From the sequence record MK373792.1: a stretch of 64,000 nt of DNA; one strand, given 5' to 3'. The notes under the pieces are model-generated. The model searched no databases. It saw only the letters and a program-made list of their open reading frames with translations, and was not told the origin of the DNA. Position 1 is the stretch's first letter. Every line of letters starts with the position of its first letter. The stretch is from Escherichia phage vB_EcoS_VAH1. Below are positions 1 to 10,166 of this stretch, one piece after another. The translations under genes were made by a program, and so were the position numbers.

Positions 1-820
1 TAGGTTTGAGGAGAAGTTGAGAGAGCGAGAAAAATTTGGGGAGCTAGAAGGATGTGGGGCAGGATTGGTGCGAAGCACCTGATTTGCGGGGATTTTGGGG
101 AAGAGTTGAGATAATTTGGGGAAATTTGAGATAGGTGCAGAAAAAAGTAAAATTTTATTAGCAAAATGGGGCAAAATAGCTTGACAAGTGAAAATTCTTG
201 TGGCTCTAAAAACTCAGGCAATCATGGGCCTTCGGCCCGAAAAATGCTGCTATTTTCAGGAGAGTAAGAGTTCCTAAAAACTTAGGCGTTTGTGCAAATC
301 CGACCATAAATTTCTAGAAATGCAGTGTGCAAATCCGACAGTAATTTCTGGAAATGTGTTTTCAAAAAATGTCTCCTAGAAATAACCGCCCTCCCTATAA
401 CCGCCCTGTATTAAACCGCCTAGTATATGTAACGTTGGAGAGAAACTGCCCTAGAATATGTGCAAATCCGATGATATTTTGTGCTTATCAATTTAGAATA
501 TGTGCAAATCCGATGAATATTTTTGTGTGATCTCTAGAATTTGTGCTTATCAATTTCCTAGAAACTTAGGAGTCTAGAAGAAAGTGTTGTGCCATCCTAG
601 CAGATGAGCGGCAACCGGTGTATCATCTTGAACACAGATATTGCCTTTAAATATTATAAGGTAAATTAAAAGTAAAGTAGCCCCCATTACATGTGTGCTT
701 ACTCGTGGGGCGCGTGATTAATTACGTAAGTCCTCGACTGTCATACCCCTGTTTGCTCGGTCGCAAAGAGTTAACGAAGTCTCGTGTAATAATCATCGCC
801 CCTAGAGTTCAAAACAAGAG
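1..820. repeat. Repeat-rich non-coding region: GTGCAAATCCGA x4, TTGTGCTTATCAATTT x2, AACCGCC x3, YTAGAAW x8, purine-rich GGGG/GAG repeats, GGGCC-TTCG-GGCCC hairpin near 230
   Basis: Direct reading; no ORF above 60 aa on the gene strand. Confidence 0.6.
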
Positions 821-887
821 TTGTTTTTAATCTATGTGATTATTATAACATGTGCCGCAATGAGTTGTCAAAAGATTTTGTTAACTT

Positions 888-1268
888 TTATTCCTCCTCT
901 TCGAGATTGGTATTGGGATCGTAAATTTTCTTGGCTCCTGTATTTAGGAATCGCTCTGCAAGTTGTGGGTGAATATCAAAGAACTCTGTGCATCCTTCGA
1001 ATCCCTTTAAATTACAGCGGTATTTCTTAAAGTAGATATGAGCAGCGGCTTCTAGATCTCTAGGATTATGGGTTTCATAAATCCCATACACGTATAAATC
1101 GTCAAAACCTCGATAGACTATCTTATCTAAGTTTAGTGTTTGAATCCTATTATGTGGATTCATACTGATACCGATCTTTGTTCTTTTAGGGATCTTCGTC
1201 AGATCCCTATTTGCAAGAATATATACTTTATATAGTGACATTCTTTCTAGCCTTGAGTTTGATACCAA
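888..1268 (-). CDS. T5orf172 (GIY-YIG-like) domain protein
   Basis: YKVYILANRD...KIGIS...GCTEFFDI pattern, shared with 14690..15301 and 46060..46731 C-termini. Confidence 0.5.
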   Translation of the reverse strand: MVSNSRLERMSLYKVYILANRDLTKIPKRTKIGISMNPHNRIQTLNLDKIVYRGFDDLYVYGIYETHNPRDLEAAAHIYFKKYRCNLKGFEGCTEFFDIHPQLAERFLNTGAKKIYDPNTNLEEEE

Positions 1269-1340
1269 GAGATGCGAAGTAGATATAAGTTGCTAAATAG
1301 GACATAGCAGATCCTGTCTCTTCGTAAGAGAGAGTTCCTT

Positions 1341-1946
1341 TCACGTACCTCTCTTATATTCTGGCTCTAGATTAATAATCGTAGTACTTGGCAATCCTAG
1401 CGAATTACATAATGATTTGAATGTTTCTTTATCTCTATGAATCGCATAGTGAATGGCTTTCTCCATTGGAGTTAACTCTAGATCTTTGGTAATGGCTACA
1501 TGCAAACTCGCTATAGTCATGCCAATCCCACGATACGTTTCTTCTTTATTAAGGGAAGGTCTCTGTTTTTCTAGCTCAGGAAGATGTGCAAATTCTCCCT
1601 TCTTTCTAGGAATCTTATCATCACTAAGTAATGCTGTTAAGAAATCTGTTTCTTCATAGGCTGGGAGCACTTCATCAATTAATACTAGAATAGAGCTAGC
1701 ATTGATACCTTTCGCACTAGGATCTAAAGATTTTAATGCTTTATTAGTTTCAACGTAGGAGCCTGCTAACACAACTTTTGAGCTATTCCGATCATATTTA
1801 ATTTTATTCGCTTCCCAACGCGCAGGACGATAATCAGATAGAAACATTACCGCATACTTTTGTTCATCTGTTAGCTCGGAGAAACATTTCTGGTTTGATT
1901 CTTTTGCTAGCGCAATAAGGTGCTTTAGTTTTTCTGCTTTATTCAT
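1341..1946 (-). CDS. hypothetical protein
   Basis: 201-aa ORF, balanced composition, in minus-strand gene string. Confidence 0.45.
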   Translation of the reverse strand: MNKAEKLKHLIALAKESNQKCFSELTDEQKYAVMFLSDYRPARWEANKIKYDRNSSKVVLAGSYVETNKALKSLDPSAKGINASSILVLIDEVLPAYEETDFLTALLSDDKIPRKKGEFAHLPELEKQRPSLNKEETYRGIGMTIASLHVAITKDLELTPMEKAIHYAIHRDKETFKSLCNSLGLPSTTIINLEPEYKRGT

Positions 1947-1948
1947 TG

Positions 1949-2338
1949 TTAGACCTCCTGAGCTTTATCTTCTGTATAGAAATCTTCGGTAGCTTGATAA
2001 TGTAATGTAAAGAATTCAAAAGACAGGCAATCTGATGCTGTATTTTGAATGTATCTTAATTCATTAATAAAGGATTCTTTGAAGATCTTACGGTTAGGTT
2101 TTAGTTCTATCAGTTGGTTAATAAGCTCATCGATTAATTCTATTGCATCATCTATATACTCATCCATAAATACTGGGGATTCATAGATTATTTCTTCAAC
2201 TCCGTTAGTAACTAAAGCGACTACAATTACCTCTCCCGTAGTTTCTTCAGGGTAAAGATAACCTGAATCTACTTTACGAACAGTAACGCGAGTTTGGCTA
2301 GTAATTTGACGATTTATAGCAATAATATAATGTAACAT
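1949..2338 (-). CDS. hypothetical acidic protein
   Basis: 129-aa ORF abutting the upstream gene. Confidence 0.45.
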   Translation of the reverse strand: MLHYIIAINRQITSQTRVTVRKVDSGYLYPEETTGEVIVVALVTNGVEEIIYESPVFMDEYIDDAIELIDELINQLIELKPNRKIFKESFINELRYIQNTASDCLSFEFFTLHYQATEDFYTEDKAQEV

Positions 2339-2412
2339 AAATTCTCCTAATATGCCTCTCCTATTAAAAGGTCTGGAGAGGCGTAGACCTATAAATTAGT
2401 TAACGATCTTTA

Positions 2413-3006
2413 TTAATCCTTTTTACTTTCGTTAATAACAGCTCCCAGTGCTTCCATAATTGTATCTTCTAGACTTCCATGTTTATCAGGATTGCTTAAG
2501 TGAATAGTATATGAGTTCCTAGAAACTCCAGAGTCCACAGGTGCTACGCTTTTCATGTCAGATTCAAAAGCTTCTTGAGTATGTTTCAACTGTGCAGAAG
2601 GTCCATAATCTTCACCAAACTTATATGACTGCGTACTACTTACCACACCCCCACAAGGAACATTGTGCAAATCCGATGATTTATTTAGCATTGAGATTGT
2701 CCCTGACTGCCACGGATCTCTAATAGTCACAGGAGTACTAGGACGGTTCACCTCAGTCTTCACGAGTTTATAGCCAGCATCTATTAATGCGTTAATAAGG
2801 TTATCAGCTGGAATGCGAGCCTTGCCAAAAATCTCACGAGCGTTGTTGAGCCTACCTTCAAAACCTTTACATGCTCTAATATTAGTGTGTGCAAAGGTTA
2901 GCTTCATAGATTTGAATTGTACAGTAGCAGTTAAATCTTTAAAGCTATAATCCCATGTGTTCAGTTCATGGTCTGGTACTACTTGAATAGGTTGTTGTGT
3001 AAACAT
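2413..3006 (-). CDS. hypothetical protein
   Basis: 197-aa ORF. Confidence 0.45.
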   Translation of the reverse strand: MFTQQPIQVVPDHELNTWDYSFKDLTATVQFKSMKLTFAHTNIRACKGFEGRLNNAREIFGKARIPADNLINALIDAGYKLVKTEVNRPSTPVTIRDPWQSGTISMLNKSSDLHNVPCGGVVSSTQSYKFGEDYGPSAQLKHTQEAFESDMKSVAPVDSGVSRNSYTIHLSNPDKHGSLEDTIMEALGAVINESKKD

Positions 3007-3191
3007 TATTTATTCTCCAGTTTGTCTAACAGTTTATGGGCTGCTAGATTATATTGTTTGAGTTCACGATTAAGGATTTGGTTCTCACACTTTAGTTCTA
3101 TGTTCTCCTTATTAAGAATACTACAGATTAATAGGAGTGCTAATATAACTACTAACGAACCTACGAGCATTAAAAGAAAAAGAGTTTCCAT
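3006..3191 (-). CDS. small membrane protein
   Basis: Single hydrophobic helix, start overlaps upstream stop. Confidence 0.35.
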   Translation of the reverse strand: METLFLLMLVGSLVVILALLLICSILNKENIELKCENQILNRELKQYNLAAHKLLDKLENK

Positions 3192-3424
3192 TATTTAATT
3201 CCCATATAGCGTTTGAGATACGTGATGAAGTCTTCCGCTGTATGCGCTACGCTACCTTGAGCTACAAATACTTTTAAGGTCGCTCGCTGTAGTTTAAGGG
3301 TAGCCAACTCACCACGTAATTTTGTTATATCTTCAGCTAGTTCTCTAGCTCTGCGCATAATAGCAAATGATACAAATGTTACAATAAATAACATAACTGC
3401 TAAAATAATTACTATGATCTCCAT
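3191..3424 (-). CDS. small membrane/coiled-coil protein
   Basis: N-terminal TM helix. Confidence 0.35.
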   Translation of the reverse strand: MEIIVIILAVMLFIVTFVSFAIMRRARELAEDITKLRGELATLKLQRATLKVFVAQGSVAHTAEDFITYLKRYMGIK

Positions 3425-3702
3425 ATTAACATCCAGCTCTTATCGTATATTTGGGCATGTTCTACTAATTCATTTATCGATGTAGAATTATCGTAGATAC
3501 CCTCTAGTAAACGTTTTCTGTCAAATTTATCAACCAAGTACTCTGTGCCATTTATCACTACCCTATACAGCTCTGGAACTAAGGGGTGTTTGTTTGGTAT
3601 TGGACGACTACCTAAGTCTATTTCATTATACCCCCACGTTGTTTTAAATAGTTTATTACTAAGTGCTGCTAGTGGGTTTGACCATACAATATAGCTACTC
3701 AC
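3412..3702 (-). CDS. hypothetical protein
   Basis: 96-aa ORF. Confidence 0.4.
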   Translation of the reverse strand: MSSYIVWSNPLAALSNKLFKTTWGYNEIDLGSRPIPNKHPLVPELYRVVINGTEYLVDKFDRKRLLEGIYDNSTSINELVEHAQIYDKSWMLIWRS

Positions 3703-4243
3703 TACTTATCTCCATTCTTAACTTTGAAAACTTATTATACCAAACTATGTGATTATCGTCAATTACAAATTTATGGTAACATGCTGGTACGGTATAAGTT
3801 CCATAATCCGTGACACGCTGCACAACCTTGTGTGCACACAGTCGACACCCATGCCCTTCTAAATGAGATCTAGCAGTTTGCCAGTAATAACCATCATGAT
3901 CTGGACAATAGATCTCGACTTGCTGTTGCATTGTCTTATAATTTACACGCTCATACCCGAAGAAAGCTCCATGAGCTGCAATGGCTTTCTTGATAAATAT
4001 AAGGTTTAGTGCTTCTTGTTGAAAGTCGGGGTGTAGTTGCTTAATCTTAGTTCTATTAATAGACCCATCCGATTTGATGAACCTATTTATTGGGAAGTTG
4101 TTAGCTTCCTCGATTAATAATTCATTTACTTTCTCTCTCATATTATATACTCTCACAACTAAGGTGGAAACATTCGTAAGCATCCCCAGTAAACTCTTTA
4201 TCTTGTAATAAGCACTTAGCCTGGTCTTCCGGTACTCCAGCAT
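3695..4243 (-). CDS. hypothetical Cys/His-rich protein
   Basis: CPDHDGYYW...GHGCRLCAHK possible metal-binding cluster. Confidence 0.4.
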   Translation of the reverse strand: MLEYRKTRLSAYYKIKSLLGMLTNVSTLVVRVYNMREKVNELLIEEANNFPINRFIKSDGSINRTKIKQLHPDFQQEALNLIFIKKAIAAHGAFFGYERVNYKTMQQQVEIYCPDHDGYYWQTARSHLEGHGCRLCAHKVVQRVTDYGTYTVPACYHKFVIDDNHIVWYNKFSKLRMEISSE

Positions 4244-4402
4244 CTAATAATTGTTGTTTACTTGGCTTTTCAGCGAATACTTTTACAAAGTACTCACCAT
4301 CTTGATTATACTCATTTATATCTCTAGTAAGGACATATACTTGCATTTGAAGTTCCTTAAAAACATAAAAGGCCAGAACAACTAAGTCCTGGCCTCCTAA
4401 AA

Positions 4403-4840
4403 TTAATGAAGCTGTTTACCACTTCTTAACATAGTGGCCGTTTCCATAAGACCTAGCGTAGCATCACGCTTATTGATCTGTTTACCAAGTTCATCAGTAC
4501 GTTTACTGATGTAAGCATTAATAGCCATATTCATAGCTGTAGCGAGATCTTCTTTGGTTATCTCTTCATCGTCTAAAGCTAATTTAGCCAAAGAATCAAA
4601 TGTGCTAGAGAGTCCTATAAGATCTGAGGTTTCTCCCGCCAAAATAAGATTAATATTATCTACTGTTACTTCTAGCATGGAGTTGACAATATCTTCACCG
4701 TCTATTAGACCAGTTTCAATATTACTCTCCCACTCCTTCATCTGCTCCAATAATGGATTTTTCTTTTCTGTCATGGTAGAGGTTTCCTGTGTCAGTCGGT
4801 AAGAATGATGATTGCGTTTTAGGTGGGTGTTGTTTAGCAA
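4403..4840 (-). CDS. hypothetical acidic protein (true start probably internal)
   Basis: Track ORF overlaps 4722..5183; internal Met likely. Confidence 0.35.
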   Translation of the reverse strand: MLNNTHLKRNHHSYRLTQETSTMTEKKNPLLEQMKEWESNIETGLIDGEDIVNSMLEVTVDNINLILAGETSDLIGLSSTFDSLAKLALDDEEITKEDLATAMNMAINAYISKRTDELGKQINKRDATLGLMETATMLRSGKQLH

Positions 4841-5183
4841 TCCAGTTAAGAATCAGCACGCGACTAGGAACAATATCGGTATTATACCAAAAATCGTGAA
4901 CCCATTGACGAGCATCTTCAAACTTACCAAATTTATATGCTTTCTTAAACAATTCAAATCCAAAACAATCTGGTGTAAAATCTACTTCGCGATATTGAAT
5001 TACTTTAGAACCAGTTAGGTCTTGTATCGCTGCATTAATTTCTGTATGTGAGAATTTTGTTTCATGAAACTTATTAAAGAATCGGTAGTTGAAGCGTCCG
5101 TTCGTTTCGACAAACAACTGGATGAAAAGATCGTTAAATTGGTTATCAAACCAGTAATTCTGTAGTTGTTGTAGTGCTGTCAT
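4722..5183 (-). CDS. hypothetical protein
   Basis: 153-aa ORF. Confidence 0.45.
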   Translation of the reverse strand: MTALQQLQNYWFDNQFNDLFIQLFVETNGRFNYRFFNKFHETKFSHTEINAAIQDLTGSKVIQYREVDFTPDCFGFELFKKAYKFGKFEDARQWVHDFWYNTDIVPSRVLILNWIAKQHPPKTQSSFLPTDTGNLYHDRKEKSIIGADEGVGE

Positions 5184-5380
5184 TTACGAACCCCGTTAAT
5201 CGCCATAATGATGCCTTCATACATAAAAGGAAGTAACCCAGAAGTATAGAATATATTTTCTGTTATTCCTAGATGTCGAAAAAGTATATTAAATAATGCT
5301 GTTAGAAATACAATCTGAGGCAGTAATACAAAATACTCAGTTACAATCTTTGGTGCCTGATAAACAAGACGTTTTACCAT
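5180..5380 (-). CDS. small membrane protein
   Basis: Two hydrophobic segments. Confidence 0.35.
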   Translation of the reverse strand: MVKRLVYQAPKIVTEYFVLLPQIVFLTALFNILFRHLGITENIFYTSGLLPFMYEGIIMAINGVRK

Positions 5381-5479
5381 TGTTTTTAAGTCTCCTTATT
5401 ACTTTGGCCTGCTCCACAATAATGAAAACTGCGAGCACTAATAGTGCTATTAGCCCCGCAGTAATTGGTACTAAATCAA

Positions 5480-5806
5480 TCATGGGAGACGCCATACATA
5501 ATTAGCTGTCTGTAGAACCTTAGGTGTGTCATCATGGTACATTACTACAGACTTTGGTGAATAACTATCAGCTAGTTCTTTACGAATCATCTTACATTCT
5601 TCACCAGTATCGATATTTTTAACTATCACTTTCATATTAAGAGGTGTTAATACAGAAAGCGGTTTCCAGGAGTCCTCAATCTCAATTCCTACCTTTTTCT
5701 CGATTACCGTGAGAACTTCTAGTGTATCATCTGGAATACTAATATTATTATTCACAAACTGTAATATCTCATGTAAGGTATTTAATTCATTAAAATTAAG
5801 CTTCAT
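5480..5806 (-). CDS. hypothetical protein
   Basis: 108-aa ORF. Confidence 0.4.
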   Translation of the reverse strand: MKLNFNELNTLHEILQFVNNNISIPDDTLEVLTVIEKKVGIEIEDSWKPLSVLTPLNMKVIVKNIDTGEECKMIRKELADSYSPKSVVMYHDDTPKVLQTANYVWRLP

Positions 5807-6041
5807 CTTTAAGAATATCCTCTACCATATCACAGGACTGTTGCAATTCGTCAGCAATACGTTTAATATCGGTTTTTGTTACTTTACCAACTAACATCAC
5901 CAGTAACATAGAAAAGATAATAAGTGGAACTGGAATAACAAATAAAGCTACCTTAACAACATTCTTTGGCGTCCATGTGTGGTACTTGGTAACCAGTACA
6001 CCAACCACAATCAAATAAAACGCTAGAATAAACATCATCAT
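5796..6041 (-). CDS. small membrane protein
   Basis: Two TM helices. Confidence 0.4.
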   Translation of the reverse strand: MMMFILAFYLIVVGVLVTKYHTWTPKNVVKVALFVIPVPLIIFSMLLVMLVGKVTKTDIKRIADELQQSCDMVEDILKDEA

Positions 6042-6319
6042 TTTTTAATCTCCGTAATTATCTGAGCACGCATCACTTTATTAGGTAATTTTGTATTCCC
6101 AGCTATTGCTTCAATATTGTTTAGTTTTTCTTTTAGAATATCTGAGCGTCTCTGTGCTAGTTCAATATCTTGTTCTTGTTCTATTAAGCGGCAGTGAAGT
6201 CCATCATTAGTAATAAGCATACTTTCCATGTTTTTTCGTGCGTTTACAATCCCAATAACTCCACCAATCGCTACTAGTGTAGTAAGAACTAGTAACCCAA
6301 TAAGAATTTCTGTAATCAT
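6038..6319 (-). CDS. membrane-anchored coiled-coil protein
   Basis: N-terminal TM then heptad-like region. Confidence 0.4.
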   Translation of the reverse strand: MITEILIGLLVLTTLVAIGGVIGIVNARKNMESMLITNDGLHCRLIEQEQDIELAQRRSDILKEKLNNIEAIAGNTKLPNKVMRAQIITEIKK

Positions 6320-6852
6320 TTATTTAATTCCTCTAAAGTAGGTAAGGGTTTTGTATGATCAAAAGTTTCTATAACAGCGTTAGGCCCATGTAGTTCTAAA
6401 CGTAGTTCATTAGCTCTTTGAACTGCCAACTCTAAATCTAGATACCTAAAGTAGCCTCCGTGTACTGTAATGCTTTCGGCGCTTCTGGCCTGGACTCTCC
6501 ATTGTTGTCGATCTTTTTTCCAGGTAACTCCTAAGTATCCCGAATTAGATTGAGCGATTCTGCTACGATTATTCTCTTGGGACGTACAATCTTTTAAATT
6601 ACACCATCTATTATCTTTTCTTATATTATTTAAGTGGTGTACTAGATTTGGAATATACCCCTCCATGTACAAAAAAGCTAACCTATGGGCTGCATATCTT
6701 TTTCTATTTATTCCAATAAATATATAACCATCCTTATCAGGACTACCAGCAATACTACCTGCTTTACCTCGCCCTCTACTGACTTTCCTTATAAATTCGC
6801 CCGTTTCCGGGCGGTATTCAAATAGCTCTTTTAATCTTTCTTGTGTTATCAT
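6316..6852 (-). CDS. HNH homing endonuclease (HNH_3/AP2-type)
   Basis: MITQERLKEL N-terminus, HRLAFLYMEGYIP...VHHLNN...N..NL motif; paralog of 10167..10706 and 62736..63269. Confidence 0.75.
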   Translation of the reverse strand: MITQERLKELFEYRPETGEFIRKVSRGRGKAGSIAGSPDKDGYIFIGINRKRYAAHRLAFLYMEGYIPNLVHHLNNIRKDNRWCNLKDCTSQENNRSRIAQSNSGYLGVTWKKDRQQWRVQARSAESITVHGGYFRYLDLELAVQRANELRLELHGPNAVIETFDHTKPLPTLEELNK

Positions 6853-7115
6853 TTTTTCTTTAATTGCTTAACTTCACGCTCAAAGCTAGCCGCTCGTCGT
6901 TCTGCCACTGCTTGATGCTCCTTAGCAAAGCGTGCCTCTTGTTTTGCTAAGTTAAAGGCCATAGCGTTCTTGTTAAGAGAATCGTACATCTTCTTCATCG
7001 CCGGAATAGACATTTTCATCAGTTGCCCCTCAAATCCTTGCATATCGAGGAGAATTGCCAGAACGTTAGCCATTTCATTTTTAGTCATGTTTTCCATTAG
7101 AATTTCCTCTCTCAT
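6849..7115 (-). CDS. hypothetical protein
   Basis: 88-aa ORF. Confidence 0.4.
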   Translation of the reverse strand: MREEILMENMTKNEMANVLAILLDMQGFEGQLMKMSIPAMKKMYDSLNKNAMAFNLAKQEARFAKEHQAVAERRAASFEREVKQLKKK

Positions 7116-7175
7116 TAATTTATGAACTTATTATACAGAATTTTAAGGCTTAAAGCAACTGAATTTTTTAATTAC

Positions 7176-7607
7176 TTACCAATCGTTAACAACACCAGAG
7201 AACTCAGAAGCAAAAACTTTTTCAAATTTTTCTGCAATTTCAGGATGATCTTTGCAGATCAGCTCAATGCATGCTTCTGGAGTCATTCCTTCATCTTCAG
7301 GATCACCATAGTATTTATCCCAAAGATCATCGGGAATGATATGCTCTGCCAAATCTTGGAAAGAGATTAACTGATAACGTTCTGCCTCCTCAGCGATAAG
7401 AATTTCGCACAGATCTTTATCTATATCGCTACGATAATCCGCAATTAATAAGGCATTGCAAGCATGACATTCCCAGACCATCAAACGTTCAGAGATAGGA
7501 TTAGACTTATCCTGAACGTAAGACTGGAACAAGGTTCGGAAAGTTGCCTTAACTTGTTCAAACTTATCTGCTGCTGCGAAAACTAGAGCTTTATCAACTT
7601 TGTTCAT
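7176..7607 (-). CDS. hypothetical acidic protein
   Basis: 143-aa ORF downstream of promoter cassette at ~7620-7680. Confidence 0.45.
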   Translation of the reverse strand: MNKVDKALVFAAADKFEQVKATFRTLFQSYVQDKSNPISERLMVWECHACNALLIADYRSDIDKDLCEILIAEEAERYQLISFQDLAEHIIPDDLWDKYYGDPEDEGMTPEACIELICKDHPEIAEKFEKVFASEFSGVVNDW

Positions 7608-7774
7608 TTTGATTCCTTCTCATCAATTTATAAAGTAATTATACAGAAACTTAAGCATTTTAGCAAATAAAACTTTCAATTAAAATGCCTAATCCTGTGC
7701 CAATAGCAATACAAATGATTATAAGTATTGCTATCGCTTGTATGCTTCGTTTAATAATAGCCTCAGCTATATAC

Positions 7775-8368
7775 TTAGACATTTATATCGCCACGTAATA
7801 CAGCAGCTACATCTTCCCCTATTTGTAATACTTCGCCAGTAGTACAATTAACTACTCTATCATAGCTAGTAAACTTACCAGACACAATATCCTCTAGTGG
7901 AATTGGAGTTTTACTCATTTCAAATGAGACATTAATATAACGTGGATCACGTAAAGAAGTAGTATGTACATGTCCGTGAATATTTAGTTTGCCACGAAGT
8001 TCATTAGGGTGCAAAGGGCAGTGAGATAGCCAAAACTTTTTGCCACCTCCAGTCTGTTTGCCTAGAGCTTGAATATCGTCATAAACTTCCGCTAAGTCCC
8101 TAATACTCAGTCCTTGACGCTCCGCATCATGATTACCCATAATGAGTTGATTAGGGACATTGTGGATAACCGACTTTAATTTGGCCAGACCTTCACGACC
8201 TACTGCAATATCTCCTAGCAAAATAAGTTTTGTTCGTTTACCAATATGCTTGGATAAAGTATCTAGAATATACTCATCGTGCTCTTTCATGTTCTTAAAC
8301 CACGGACGGAAACGTAGTGCTCCGGGGTGGTCTAAGTGCAAGTCTGACCAGAATTTAACCTTCATCAC
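7775..8368 (-). CDS. calcineurin-like metallophosphoesterase
   Basis: DLHLDHP, GDIAVGR, GNHD, GHVH motifs. Confidence 0.65.
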   Translation of the reverse strand: MMKVKFWSDLHLDHPGALRFRPWFKNMKEHDEYILDTLSKHIGKRTKLILLGDIAVGREGLAKLKSVIHNVPNQLIMGNHDAERQGLSIRDLAEVYDDIQALGKQTGGGKKFWLSHCPLHPNELRGKLNIHGHVHTTSLRDPRYINVSFEMSKTPIPLEDIVSGKFTSYDRVVNCTTGEVLQIGEDVAAVLRGDINV

Positions 8369-8653
8369 TTACTCCTTTTTTTGTATTAAATTATCAACCC
8401 AGGTAGTTAATACTCTAGTTTTAAACTCCTCGGGAGTCTCTCCTTCCTTAAGGTCTACCTCATTAAGGTAGGTAGTAAGCCTTGTTTCTATCTCTATTTC
8501 AGCAGGAGAATTAAAACAAAAATTGACTGCTATTCCAGAATATATTACTCCGGTATCTCCTTTGACGAAAGCATTAACTAATGCTCTCCAACGAAGGGCA
8601 TCAATACGCATTGCTCGTAATTCTTCTTGTACTTCTTTCATTCTATCATTCAT
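8369..8653 (-). CDS. hypothetical protein
   Basis: 94-aa ORF. Confidence 0.4.
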   Translation of the reverse strand: MNDRMKEVQEELRAMRIDALRWRALVNAFVKGDTGVIYSGIAVNFCFNSPAEIEIETRLTTYLNEVDLKEGETPEEFKTRVLTTWVDNLIQKKE

Positions 8654-9480
8654 TAAAGAATCCTCTGTACACCACAGCTATCTTCTCGAAGCGTGGTAAA
8701 TGTTGTGATTTTCCCAGTTTCATCATTAACTTGCGCAACCGTCAACTGCCCGTTGAAAACACCGCCAGTATCAAGATAAACACGGTTCTGGTATAAAATC
8801 GGGTAAGGTACTCCAGTATGCCCGTGAAACACGAAATCTACCCCTTTAACTTCTGGCACTTCTACCATGTATTTCTCTTTAAACCCTGCATAACGCTGGA
8901 AATATGAGTGTTCTTCACCATTTTTAGATAAGTGAAAACCTATTTCTTGGATTACATCTCGATCCCATAAGTATGGTTCAACATGGTATCCAGGATGGTC
9001 ATGTGGGTCTTCCTTAGATGCTTCTACTTGTGCAATAAGGTTATCCCATACTGGGGTTTCTACTTCGTTACCACATTCTTTGTACGTAAAAGGTACACCA
9101 CCATGAACAACACCATACTTTTTACCACGATGCAATACAGTCAGAAATACTGGCATTTTTTCAGCCATGTCTTCAGCAATATTTTTAATGGTATCTGCAT
9201 CTAGTTCATTCATAGCCCACATACCACCATTATACATCCAGTTAGCCCAATCTCCCACAATCATAAATTGGTCATGATTACCTCGGACACTGATAAAGCG
9301 TGGATTATACAGGAATTTGGCTAAAACTTGTAGGTTCTGCGTGCCTCGATCAATTAAATCTCCCACGCATACAACACAATCTTTCTTGCCGTTATAGCCA
9401 GCTAATTGTAGTGCATCTTCTAGTAAATCGTTACATCCATGAATATCACCAACGAAAAACAAGTTGGCGTCATCCGGCAC
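8653..9480 (-). CDS. serine/threonine protein phosphatase (PPP family, lambda-PPase-like)
   Basis: GDIHG, GDLIDRG, RGNHD, GH motifs; GTG start. Confidence 0.8.
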   Translation of the reverse strand: MPDDANLFFVGDIHGCNDLLEDALQLAGYNGKKDCVVCVGDLIDRGTQNLQVLAKFLYNPRFISVRGNHDQFMIVGDWANWMYNGGMWAMNELDADTIKNIAEDMAEKMPVFLTVLHRGKKYGVVHGGVPFTYKECGNEVETPVWDNLIAQVEASKEDPHDHPGYHVEPYLWDRDVIQEIGFHLSKNGEEHSYFQRYAGFKEKYMVEVPEVKGVDFVFHGHTGVPYPILYQNRVYLDTGGVFNGQLTVAQVNDETGKITTFTTLREDSCGVQRIL

Positions 9481-9519
9481 TACTAGAGTTTTATGTACAT
9501 TAAATTCTTTTTTTCATAA

Positions 9520-9765
9520 TTATTCCCAAATAACAGTTAAAATAGTTGTGCCATAATCATTAGATAGCTGGAGAGTATAACCCTCTTTATAGAGGGCTTT
9601 TATAGCTTCATAACTAATTTCATCACGATTAAACTGTACAAAAGAACCCCCAATCTCCACAGAAGAAACTATTCTCTTTTTAACATACTTATATGGTTTC
9701 TTTCTGCTCTTGAGAAGAGCAGCTCTATTAACTCTAGCTAAATGTTTTGCTTGCTCTGCTAACAT
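9520..9765 (-). CDS. hypothetical protein
   Basis: 81-aa ORF. Confidence 0.4.
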   Translation of the reverse strand: MLAEQAKHLARVNRAALLKSRKKPYKYVKKRIVSSVEIGGSFVQFNRDEISYEAIKALYKEGYTLQLSNDYGTTILTVIWE

Positions 9766-9862
9766 TTAATCCTCCTATCAATCTATATAAATAGTATACC
9801 AAAATTTTTAGCAAAAAGCAAGTAAAATAAAAGCCTGATCCGCTAAGATCAGGCTTGGTTTA

Positions 9863-10159
9863 TTAATCCTCTGGATTATCGTCTAGGAAATTTTTAATAG
9901 CTTCGTGCATAGTTTCTTTACGAAGCTGACGTCCAACCAAAATATGATTAGCTTCTACTCGACCATTAGGTAAGCGATCCGCTAGAACTACTACAGGAAC
10001 AGCTCTTACTCCGAACTTCTGCATTAATTCTGTATTATCAGTCTCTTTGTGGACTTCCAAATTATAGTCATTGACTACTTTATCAAATACTGGCTCGAAA
10101 AGAGCACAAGGACGACACGTGGAACCTTTTAATAAATAAATAACTTTGCTCATATACAC
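9863..10159 (-). CDS. thioredoxin/glutaredoxin-like protein
   Basis: CRPC (CxxC) near N-terminus, ~98 aa. Confidence 0.5.
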   Translation of the reverse strand: MYMSKVIYLLKGSTCRPCALFEPVFDKVVNDYNLEVHKETDNTELMQKFGVRAVPVVVLADRLPNGRVEANHILVGRQLRKETMHEAIKNFLDDNPED

Positions 10160-10166
10160 TCCTATT

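Noticed and set aside
225-240. GGGCC-TTCG-GGCCC hairpin as a rho-independent terminator
   Set aside because: The hairpin is followed by an A-run on the plus strand and preceded by the T-run on the minus strand, so neither orientation has the hairpin-then-U-tract order.
1-820. CRISPR array at the left end
   Set aside because: The repeats are short, irregularly spaced and of several kinds; there are no uniform repeat-spacer units and no cas genes.
8160-8796. Plus-strand ORFs 8160..8471 and 8581..8796 (and similar antisense ORFs such as 10433..10648, 11774..12148)
   Set aside because: Antisense to well-supported minus-strand genes (phosphatases, HNH, endolysin), with low-complexity translations.
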